In this document: positions 57,149 to 64,000 of the stretch, in pieces
How the letters are laid out: the number at the start of each line of letters is the position of its first letter
How positions within the stretch are numbered: the stretch's first letter is position 1
Virus record (IMG/VR): IMGVR_UViG_3300037493_007233
Span: 9,647-73,646 of that record
Direction: 5' to 3' (one strand)
Origin: a virus
Length of the DNA: 64,000 nucleotides
Notes under the pieces: generated by a model
The model's database searches: none
What the model saw: the letters and a program-made list of their open reading frames with translations, nothing else
Told to the model about the DNA's origin: nothing
Made by a program: the position numbers and the translations under genes

Positions 57149-58567
57149 TTAGATCCCCTCATATGATCCGTTGAACTGAAGCCTGTCAGTAGGTCTCCAA
57201 CCGAATGGATTATTGACATCAACTGCAACAGCGGGAACTGAAGTAGTAATAATCGAAGAAGAACCTACAGCACCAGAATAACTTCCAGTTACTATCCCTG
57301 CGTACCAAATAAAACTAAACTGATCTACCATAGAACATGGGAATTGAATTCCATCAGCATCTACTGCGTTAACGGGTAAGCTAAAACTCCAAGCCCCCGT
57401 TCCGTATGATGTAGTTGACCCAGCAGTCATCTCAACTCTTACAAAAACCGTTTTTCCTGCCGTGGTATAAGACCCTCTTAATATTCCGTTACCTATAACT
57501 GGTTGAGGGCTAGAAGCACTTGACCAAATAACAGAATAAGATAGCCAAGAAGAATTACTAATTCCCGCTCCTGAGGTTCCTGATGAACCAGAAGTACCTG
57601 ATGAACCAGAAGTACCTGAGGTTCCTGAAGATCCACTTGTTCCAGAGGTTCCCGATGTACCTGATGTTCCAGAAGTTCCATTGGCACCGGATGTTCCAGA
57701 AGAACCAGATGTCCCAGAGGTACCCGAGGTACCCGAGGTACCTGAAGTTCCATTAGTACCGGATGTTCCAGAGGTTCCAGAAGTTCCATTGGCACCGGAT
57801 GTTCCAGAAGTTCCATTAGAACCGGATGTTCCAGAAGTTCCTCGTGTTCCAGAAGATCCACTTGTTCCGGAAGTACCAGCAGATCCTGACCCGCTTGTTC
57901 CGGAAGACCCAGAAGTTCCAGAGGTACCAGCAGATCCTGAGGACCCACTTGTTCCGCTAGATCCTGAGGTACCACGTGTTCCTGAGGTTCCAGCAGATCC
58001 TGAAGAACCACTTGTCCCTGACGTTCCAGCAGAACCTGACGTTCCAGCAGATCCCGAAGAACCACTCGTTCCTGACGTTCCTGACGTTCCTGTAGATCCT
58101 GATGATCCAGTTATTCCAGAAGTTCCTGACGAACCGCTCGTTCCCGATGTTCCTCTTGTACCTGAGGTACCAGCCGATCCTGAAGAGCCACTTGTCCCGC
58201 TAGTCCCAGCAGAGCCCGAGCCTGTTCCTCCGCCCGTTGAATTACCATTCATATTCGAGAATGTAACGGAAACAGAGGGGTCAAAAGAAAAATCAATAGT
58301 TGCTAGGGTTCTTTCCGGATTGGTAACTAATCCTTGTATTGAAGAAATTACCTCGCTGAAAAGTTGATAGCCATATTCTGTTTTTGAAAAATATACTATA
58401 GTTCCATAATAAAACCTGCTAGAGGTTAAACTTGATCCAGTAAAAACGCTTGTAAAATATAGATAGCATCCGTCCTGGACCGCTTGAATCTCAGACAGGG
58501 AATCAAGTGTGAAAGAAGTGTAGAGCGTGCTTCCTCCTGAATAATATTTTATCTGGATATTTTTCAC
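57149..58567 (-). CDS. Virion fibre-like protein with long G-[T/S]-[S/A/N/R] tripeptide repeat and beta-rich C-terminal domain
   Basis: About 220 aa of GTSGTSGSSG-type repeats. Confidence 0.75.
   Translation of the reverse strand: MKNIQIKYYSGGSTLYTSFTLDSLSEIQAVQDGCYLYFTSVFTGSSLTSSRFYYGTIVYFSKTEYGYQLFSEVISSIQGLVTNPERTLATIDFSFDPSVSVTFSNMNGNSTGGGTGSGSAGTSGTSGSSGSAGTSGTRGTSGTSGSSGTSGITGSSGSTGTSGTSGTSGSSGSAGTSGSAGTSGTSGSSGSAGTSGTRGTSGSSGTSGSSGSAGTSGTSGSSGTSGSGSAGTSGTSGSSGTRGTSGTSGSNGTSGTSGANGTSGTSGTSGTNGTSGTSGTSGTSGTSGSSGTSGANGTSGTSGTSGTSGTSGSSGTSGTSGSSGTSGSSGTSGAGISNSSWLSYSVIWSSASSPQPVIGNGILRGSYTTAGKTVFVRVEMTAGSTTSYGTGAWSFSLPVNAVDADGIQFPCSMVDQFSFIWYAGIVTGSYSGAVGSSSIITTSVPAVAVDVNNPFGWRPTDRLQFNGSYEGI
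57570..58235 (-). repeat. Degenerate 9-bp coding tandem repeat (Gly-Xaa-Ser)
   Basis: Units such as GTTCCAGAA/GTACCTGAG repeated throughout. Confidence 0.9.
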
Positions 58568-58569
58568 TT

Positions 58570-58899
58570 TTATGCACTAACTATTGTTTGAGTAAAAATG
58601 AATCCAGGTGATTGGAAATCAAGGGTTACTATCTGTGGAAATGTTTCTAATTGTGCTATAGCATCTATCCAAGATGTTTTCATAAAGGAAACATCGGAAC
58701 CTGTAGTTCCGTAAAAAGCCAGCTTCGTAGAAAAGTTATTGAGGCTTGGTAATACTGTAGTTGTATTTACCGAATCAAGAGAAATAAAAAAACCAGTGGC
58801 CCCAGCAAAAGTTGAACCAACAGAAGAAGGATTTACTGCAAGACTTAAAATATTTCCATTACTATCCTTGCCGTACTTTATTTGTATCAGTCCCGACAT
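58570..58899 (-). CDS. Hypothetical protein, likely structural
   Basis: 109 aa; resembles N-terminus of 57149..58567 (IQIKY...LDF). Confidence 0.6.
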   Translation of the reverse strand: MSGLIQIKYGKDSNGNILSLAVNPSSVGSTFAGATGFFISLDSVNTTTVLPSLNNFSTKLAFYGTTGSDVSFMKTSWIDAIAQLETFPQIVTLDFQSPGFIFTQTIVSA

Positions 58900-58913
58900 C
58901 AGTTGTTATGGGA

Positions 58914-59159
58914 TTAAAGCTTAGGCTCAACAGGTTGGCCAACTTCTCCAGTGTAATTGTAAACCTTTACAAGTTTATCGTAGCACTTTTTCATTTGATC
59001 GTCTGAAAGACAATCTACTAGGTCATTTAAGACTCTCTGATCGTTGCCCGAAGCAGCAACCAAAAGATTCTTCATGTGTACTTTGAAGTCGTTTTCACCA
59101 TACATGGGCTGGCCGTACTTCATTTCGTTTATTTTAGCTAAATCTGAAAATTTCTTCAT
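58914..59159 (-). CDS. Hypothetical protein, putative virion-internal
   Basis: MKKFSDLAKINE; GATATATA at 59182-59189. Confidence 0.6.
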   Translation of the reverse strand: MKKFSDLAKINEMKYGQPMYGENDFKVHMKNLLVAASGNDQRVLNDLVDCLSDDQMKKCYDKLVKVYNYTGEVGQPVEPKL

Positions 59160-59189
59160 ACCGGGTGTTTTATTTCTAACCTATATATC

Positions 59190-59747
59190 TTAATTCGTTT
59201 TTTGAACTTCTAGATCTATCTCTAGGAAGTTACATTTAAAGCCAACACTAAAAGTGTAAACCTGTGGAGCATTCTGTGTGTAATTTAAGTTCAATTGGGA
59301 AACGGATGTTATATTGACTTCCTTAAAAATTACAGAGGTAACAACACTACCCTCATTGTCTAATATTCTCAGGGGCAGGACTGGAACGAATAAGCTATCA
59401 TTTTGGAAAGCAAGCTTATCTAAAACTGTTTCCAGCATAATAAAATAGTTCACGAATCCTTCTCCTATTCTAAATGTGACTTCAAAATCCCTAGTGAACA
59501 AATCCTGAACTGGGGTTGCGCTCTGGAAGTTAATTTGCTTTCCTAAGTTCTTTGTCTGTGACACCAAATCTATGCTCATTCCAGGGAACCCCACCGACTG
59601 AATAGTGCTATTCATGAAGGATGTTAATGTGTCATAAGGAGTAGGTTGTTTTTTCAGATAGCCTAACCACTTAGATTCAACAGACCCAGGAAAAAATCCT
59701 TTGGGAAAATTGAAGTAAAAGCTATTTGCCCTTGCATTTAAAATCAT
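59190..59747 (-). CDS. Tail-tube/tube-terminator-like protein (gp19/gp3 fold)
   Basis: IQSVGFPG.S, FEVTF...EGFVNY, L.LNY, FSVGF pattern. Confidence 0.5.
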   Translation of the reverse strand: MILNARANSFYFNFPKGFFPGSVESKWLGYLKKQPTPYDTLTSFMNSTIQSVGFPGMSIDLVSQTKNLGKQINFQSATPVQDLFTRDFEVTFRIGEGFVNYFIMLETVLDKLAFQNDSLFVPVLPLRILDNEGSVVTSVIFKEVNITSVSQLNLNYTQNAPQVYTFSVGFKCNFLEIDLEVQKTN

Positions 59748-59757
59748 GATCTATATC

Positions 59758-62211
59758 TTATCTTGGAAAATTTGGACTTCCGTTATCGGATCCACTTTGA
59801 TTTGTAGTGCTTCCTTTCGAAGATGCAGGGCCACCGTTGGTTCTTCCACCTCTTGTGTTGCCATAAGATTGTAGAAGTGCAAGATCATCAGTAGAGAAAA
59901 TACCAGTAACTGCATCTGTAAATATTTGCTTAGTGATACCAGAATAAATTTTGAATCCTGCTGCGGTTGGGTTAAGGAAATAGTTAATGATCTGTTCCGT
60001 GTCCCATCCGTTTGCAATTTTACCCTGTACATCTGAAGCAATCGCTGATTTAAATGCCGCAATACCTAATGTGTTAAGTGCTTGTGCTGCAAATCCAGTT
60101 CCTGAAACTACAGGGTTGAATACTGTTCCTGATGTACCTGATGTTGATTCAGTAGCAGTTCCAACTTGTTGCCATGAACTTTGACTTGGTGTTATTCCTG
60201 AACTTCCCGAACTTGTTACAAAAACTGCATTCGCCAGGCTGTTAGAAAGACCTGCTGTTCCGGCAGTTCCAAAACTAAATGCTGGTCTAGCTTCAGTATC
60301 TTTAATCCATGTGCCATAATACAACACAGAAGAAGAACTTGCAGAAATCCTTGTTGTAGCAAGGTTTGCTTCCGTGGTAGCGGTTGCTCTTGCAGCAAGC
60401 TGAACATCCTTAATTGTATCCTTCAGAGAAAGTGCTCTTGAAGCAAGTTCCTGTTTTACACTAGATACCTTTGAAACTGCATTATTCCCTGTTAGGTTAT
60501 TTGTAGCAGTCTGAATAGGCTGATTTGAAATGTAAAATCTTCTGTTTGTGAAAGTAAGGATTTGAGAGGATAAACTCTGATCTACCTTAAATGCAAGTTC
60601 TCCTCGAGCAGAATTTGCCAGATTCTTGTCTGCTATAGAAGGAGCGTATAGTTTATTGTTAGAGTTATCAATAAAAGCCATCTGGAAAGTTCCAGAGGAG
60701 GTTAGATCGATAAGATCTGTAGTTCCGTCAGAATTTCTTTTATAGAATGTGAATTTGTAAAAGTTGTCAAATGGAGAAATGGTAATATATGCTTGTCCCA
60801 TTCCGAATGATACTGTATCCGTCGCTCCAGCATCAGCTTGTGTAATTGTATTTCCTTTTACAACCAGATTTGACATTGTTGTATTCACCTGATTTCTCTC
60901 GACAAATACGTTTGCATATTTTACAATTTCCTTTGGTGCTACAGAATTATTTGGAACCGTAATGTTTGTAGGTGAAGCTATCTTATTATAGATCTTTTGA
61001 ACCTGTGGCAAAACTGAAAGTTGTAGAGGAGCTATATAAGGACCATACCTAGAAACATTAGTTGATGTATAGGAAGCGGTTCTTACTAGTCTTGATTGAT
61101 CCTTACTGTTTACCAATGTCATGGTATATCTCAGTGTGAAACTTGCAGCAACAGCTGGATATCTTACTATTGGTCTATACAAAAGAGGGATATCATAAGC
61201 AGTTGTTTGGATCGTAGAGAAGTTCATGGTGGGGATAAGTGCTGCCCCAATCTGTTCAATAGTTTCTACCTTGTGATCTATGTAATATTGATTACCTATT
61301 GAATTCTGGAAAAGAATAAAATTTTCTATAAACCCGCCGTTGTCGGTTCCAAAATACTCGAAGAAATCACCAGTATCTGCTGGTGCGATGAATGCACCAA
61401 TATTAGTAAAAGGATCTTCGGATTCTAATGAAAGCGTTGCTATTAGATTTACTCCATACTGGTTGTAACCATTAACCTGGGTAATGTCTCCAATCTCCCA
61501 GCAGCTAATTCTAATAGGAGAACCTGTTACGTAACCCTGACCACTTTTACTTGTTTTTCCAGCAAGTGTGTTTGGTTTATTTGGAGATGTAGCCGCAGCA
61601 TACTGATTATTCATATCAAGTAAGCTTGGGATATCAATCTCAAAATACTTATCAAAGATATTTGAACCAATAGTAAGTGGATTTGGATTCAGAGTATAAT
61701 CTTGGGCTGTGCCACTACTGATTTGTATCTGAGAGAATACAACATAACTTCCATCAACATCCAAATAGCTAATGCTAAGGATTAGTCCATCTATATTTCC
61801 TAAATTGTACCCTTGAAGTATGTGATATCTTACGCTGTCATAAACTACCGAAATGTTGCTTGGAAAAACAATAGGTAGATTAGCAGTTGGTGTAAGGTTT
61901 GGGTTAAAGTCGTTGTAGGGAACTATTAGGTTTGGATTAAGCGGAATGAAAGCATTTTCAGATACTCTAACTACGTTATTTACAGCAGTATTTTGTGTAA
62001 TTGAATAGTTTGCATCCTGGTTAAAGATCTGAACATCGTTAAGGGGTGAACCTTTGTATTCTATGATTCCGTTAATCAACTTATTAAATCCAACAGTTGG
62101 ATTACCCACATTAACGAAATATGTCTGTGGATTGGGTTGATCCGCATACATGTACTCCATAACCAAATATGGAGTGAGCTGTACGTATTTCGAAGTGGTG
62201 CTATAAGCCAT
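59758..62211 (-). CDS. Large structural protein
   Basis: 817 aa, N/T/S-rich, in structural gene block. Confidence 0.6.
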   Translation of the reverse strand: MAYSTTSKYVQLTPYLVMEYMYADQPNPQTYFVNVGNPTVGFNKLINGIIEYKGSPLNDVQIFNQDANYSITQNTAVNNVVRVSENAFIPLNPNLIVPYNDFNPNLTPTANLPIVFPSNISVVYDSVRYHILQGYNLGNIDGLILSISYLDVDGSYVVFSQIQISSGTAQDYTLNPNPLTIGSNIFDKYFEIDIPSLLDMNNQYAAATSPNKPNTLAGKTSKSGQGYVTGSPIRISCWEIGDITQVNGYNQYGVNLIATLSLESEDPFTNIGAFIAPADTGDFFEYFGTDNGGFIENFILFQNSIGNQYYIDHKVETIEQIGAALIPTMNFSTIQTTAYDIPLLYRPIVRYPAVAASFTLRYTMTLVNSKDQSRLVRTASYTSTNVSRYGPYIAPLQLSVLPQVQKIYNKIASPTNITVPNNSVAPKEIVKYANVFVERNQVNTTMSNLVVKGNTITQADAGATDTVSFGMGQAYITISPFDNFYKFTFYKRNSDGTTDLIDLTSSGTFQMAFIDNSNNKLYAPSIADKNLANSARGELAFKVDQSLSSQILTFTNRRFYISNQPIQTATNNLTGNNAVSKVSSVKQELASRALSLKDTIKDVQLAARATATTEANLATTRISASSSSVLYYGTWIKDTEARPAFSFGTAGTAGLSNSLANAVFVTSSGSSGITPSQSSWQQVGTATESTSGTSGTVFNPVVSGTGFAAQALNTLGIAAFKSAIASDVQGKIANGWDTEQIINYFLNPTAAGFKIYSGITKQIFTDAVTGIFSTDDLALLQSYGNTRGGRTNGGPASSKGSTTNQSGSDNGSPNFPR

Positions 62212-62225
62212 TTTTTATCAATTTT

Positions 62226-63062
62226 TTACTTTCCAAACTGTAACCATTTAGGTGAATATGTAAGTCCAAGTCCTACTGAAGGTCCTGCGATATACCCATC
62301 CTTGCCAACTGTTAATCCATATCCGATTGAGAATCCTATCCCGAAGGGTTTTCTTGCCTGCTTCAAAGCTTTTTTAGTTGCTGGATCATCGACCATATCT
62401 AAAGCTTGCATTTCAGAGAAGGTAATTCCAGGGAATGACGTCGAGGCTCTAACAAAGAGTCTTCCAGTCTTAGGATCTGTATAAAGTCCAGTAACTAAAT
62501 CAATCTTTTGTTCCATCGAAAGTTTAGCAGTTCCGGGTATAACTGTGGAAACGAATTTAAATTTACTTTTATCTGAGGGATCCCATATCGTATCAGTATC
62601 TACGGTATATGGAAGTTGTCCTGCTATTAAGAGCTTATTAGTTCCAGGTAAAGTAGGATTGTGTGTGAATTTTAGATAAGTATTATCACCTTCTTGAGTC
62701 GCTGCTACAGGTACCATAATAGAAGTATCCTTGTAAACAACCTCAGTTTGAATAACAACTGATGGCTTTCTTTTCCCAGAAAGTTCTAATCTATCTATAA
62801 GTTCTTCCTGTTCTTCTGTAAGCTCATTATACTTAAGTTGAAAAGCAGCTCTTTCAACAAGCATGTTTCCATTTTTAGATTCAAGAACTCTTACGCTGTC
62901 TCTTTCAGCTAGTAGATTGTTAAAATTTCTTTCTGCCTCTTTTTTTGCATCAGCCGTTGCATTACACTGTTTAAGTAACAGCATTACAAGTACTGCAATT
63001 CCGATGAGATAAATTGCTCTGCTATTAACAATACTCAAATATGATTTAAATTTATTCAGCAT
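62226..63062 (-). CDS. Membrane-anchored coiled-coil protein (spanin/lipoprotein-like)
   Basis: N-terminal TM ending LLKQC, coiled coil, C-terminal glycine-rich beta hairpin. Confidence 0.5.
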   Translation of the reverse strand: MLNKFKSYLSIVNSRAIYLIGIAVLVMLLLKQCNATADAKKEAERNFNNLLAERDSVRVLESKNGNMLVERAAFQLKYNELTEEQEELIDRLELSGKRKPSVVIQTEVVYKDTSIMVPVAATQEGDNTYLKFTHNPTLPGTNKLLIAGQLPYTVDTDTIWDPSDKSKFKFVSTVIPGTAKLSMEQKIDLVTGLYTDPKTGRLFVRASTSFPGITFSEMQALDMVDDPATKKALKQARKPFGIGFSIGYGLTVGKDGYIAGPSVGLGLTYSPKWLQFGK

Positions 63063-63291
63063 GGTAAATTAAGTTTATTGGGTCTAGTTTTCCTTGTCCG
63101 TATTTTTTTTCTAGGCTTATTCTAAGTTCAGCTTCCTGGTCTCTTAAAAGTTCTAGCCTACGAACAAGTGTTCCAGCTTCTTTGTCAAGATCAAGCATTT
63201 TTGCCTCGACTATTTGAAGTTCTTCCCTAACTATTGAAAATTTCAATTTCAGGTCGTTAGCTATTTCTTTTTCTGTTTTGGTAAGTTCCAT
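63052..63291 (-). CDS. Small coiled-coil protein
   Basis: LEKKYGQGKLD ending; GATAAATA at 63297-63304 favours the second Met. Confidence 0.55.
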   Translation of the reverse strand: MELTKTEKEIANDLKLKFSIVREELQIVEAKMLDLDKEAGTLVRRLELLRDQEAELRISLEKKYGQGKLDPINLIYHAE

Positions 63292-63326
63292 TTCCATATT
63301 TATCTCAAGTTAAAAAATGTAAATTA

Positions 63327-64000
63327 TTAAGCCCCTAATGTTGGGGTAAGTCCTCCTCCGCCGCTAACAGTTGAACTGGTTACGATAAATCCGCACCTAG
63401 AAGGGCTGGAAAGTTTAGGGGTCGAAGCTGAATAAAATATTGTTGACGAATTCAGTGTTTGTAATCTTATATGTCTACATCCACCGGTTGCTGAATTACT
63501 AAAATCACCAATCTGATCAGAATCAGATCCACCAGCAAAAACCGACCTTATTCCGCCAAAACACAGGGTCGAGTCGTTCATGAACACATCGAAAATCCTT
63601 CCTTGCTGTGTAGATTCATCATAGGTTCCGGTAAATCCGCTTATTTGTAAATAAACCCTATTTGATTTTCCATCGGAACTAGGTGTTCCACCGTAAAGAG
63701 GCGTTAAGTAGATAACATCCGAAGATGCGGATGTAAGGGTAACAGGAACTACATTATTTGTAAAGCCACTTCTGACAAATGTAGAAGAAGCACTGGGGGT
63801 TAGTCCCTGTGCAGCTTTTACGAATTTACCGGAGGCAGATCCAGAAGGACCGGATTCACCGATTACGTTAAAGTTATTACCCCTGGTTTCAAAAATATTA
63901 TATCCGGAGGAATTTACAAAACTTACTATGGCAGGACCAGTAGCTGAAGATCCGGATATTTCCACAAAAACACCGCTTGATGTATTCGAAACTGATGCAA
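63327..64000 (-). CDS. C-terminal part of a Ser/Gly/Thr-rich structural protein, start outside window
   Basis: Frame stays open from 63965 to the window end. Confidence 0.7.
   Translation of the reverse strand, partial: ASVSNTSSGVFVEISGSSATGPAIVSFVNSSGYNIFETRGNNFNVIGESGPSGSASGKFVKAAQGLTPSASSTFVRSGFTNNVVPVTLTSASSDVIYLTPLYGGTPSSDGKSNRVYLQISGFTGTYDESTQQGRIFDVFMNDSTLCFGGIRSVFAGGSDSDQIGDFSNSATGGCRHIRLQTLNSSTIFYSASTPKLSSPSRCGFIVTSSTVSGGGGLTPTLGA

Noticed and set aside
57493-58065. Alternative-frame VLLEH/ELLEH repeat ORF
   Set aside because: Frame-shifted reading of the same repeat
57570-58235. Possible CRISPR array
   Set aside because: Degenerate 9-bp coding periodicity with no unique spacers and no cas genes
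57681-58367. Plus-strand 228-aa PEVP/PDVP-repeat ORF
   Set aside because: Antisense shadow of the Gly-Thr-Ser repeat; the minus-strand frame extends into unique domains on both sides
1294-62484. Many short plus-strand ORFs in the track (e.g. 5401..5823, 7596..8087, 45743..46180)
   Set aside because: They overlap well-supported minus-strand genes and have antisense-type composition with no motifs
1-64000. Stop-codon reassignment as in some huge phages
   Set aside because: Conserved genes are full length under code 11, coding density is high, and TAA, TAG and TGA all end genes
1-64000. Bacterial chromosome or eukaryotic giant virus origin
   Set aside because: gp32-, gp61-, gp56- and UvsW/Y-like genes, a tail-tube-like gene and an amidase indicate a tailed bacteriophage

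Overview
A 64 kb segment of a large lytic dsDNA phage (T4-superfamily-like replication genes, probably a jumbo/huge phage) using the standard genetic code, with almost every gene on the minus strand. Several host-like genes (ClpP, Hc1, DUF2452- and DUF4494-like) and TAnnTTTG promoter motifs suggest a Bacteroidetes host. It contains an RNA-repair block (two RNA ligases, CCA/PAP-type nucleotidyltransferase, P-loop kinase, Ro/TROVE-like vWA protein followed by a ~230-nt structured non-coding RNA), a family B DNA polymerase split into two genes 18 kb apart, two-subunit topoisomerase II, clamp, primase, SSB, UvsW/UvsY, RuvC-like resolvase, NrdAB, a gp56-like dCTP/dUTPase, chaperones and many glyco-modification enzymes. 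Most striking: a phage RuBisCO-like protein (form IV-like) inside a nucleotide-sugar operon; the candidate ncRNA; about 15 proteins (some enzymes) sharing a T4-like capsid-targeting motif and a late-promoter motif; and a ligase/HIGH-nucleotidyltransferase fusion near a Pol-beta-type nucleotidyltransferase. All calls come from motifs recognised by eye; no searches were run.
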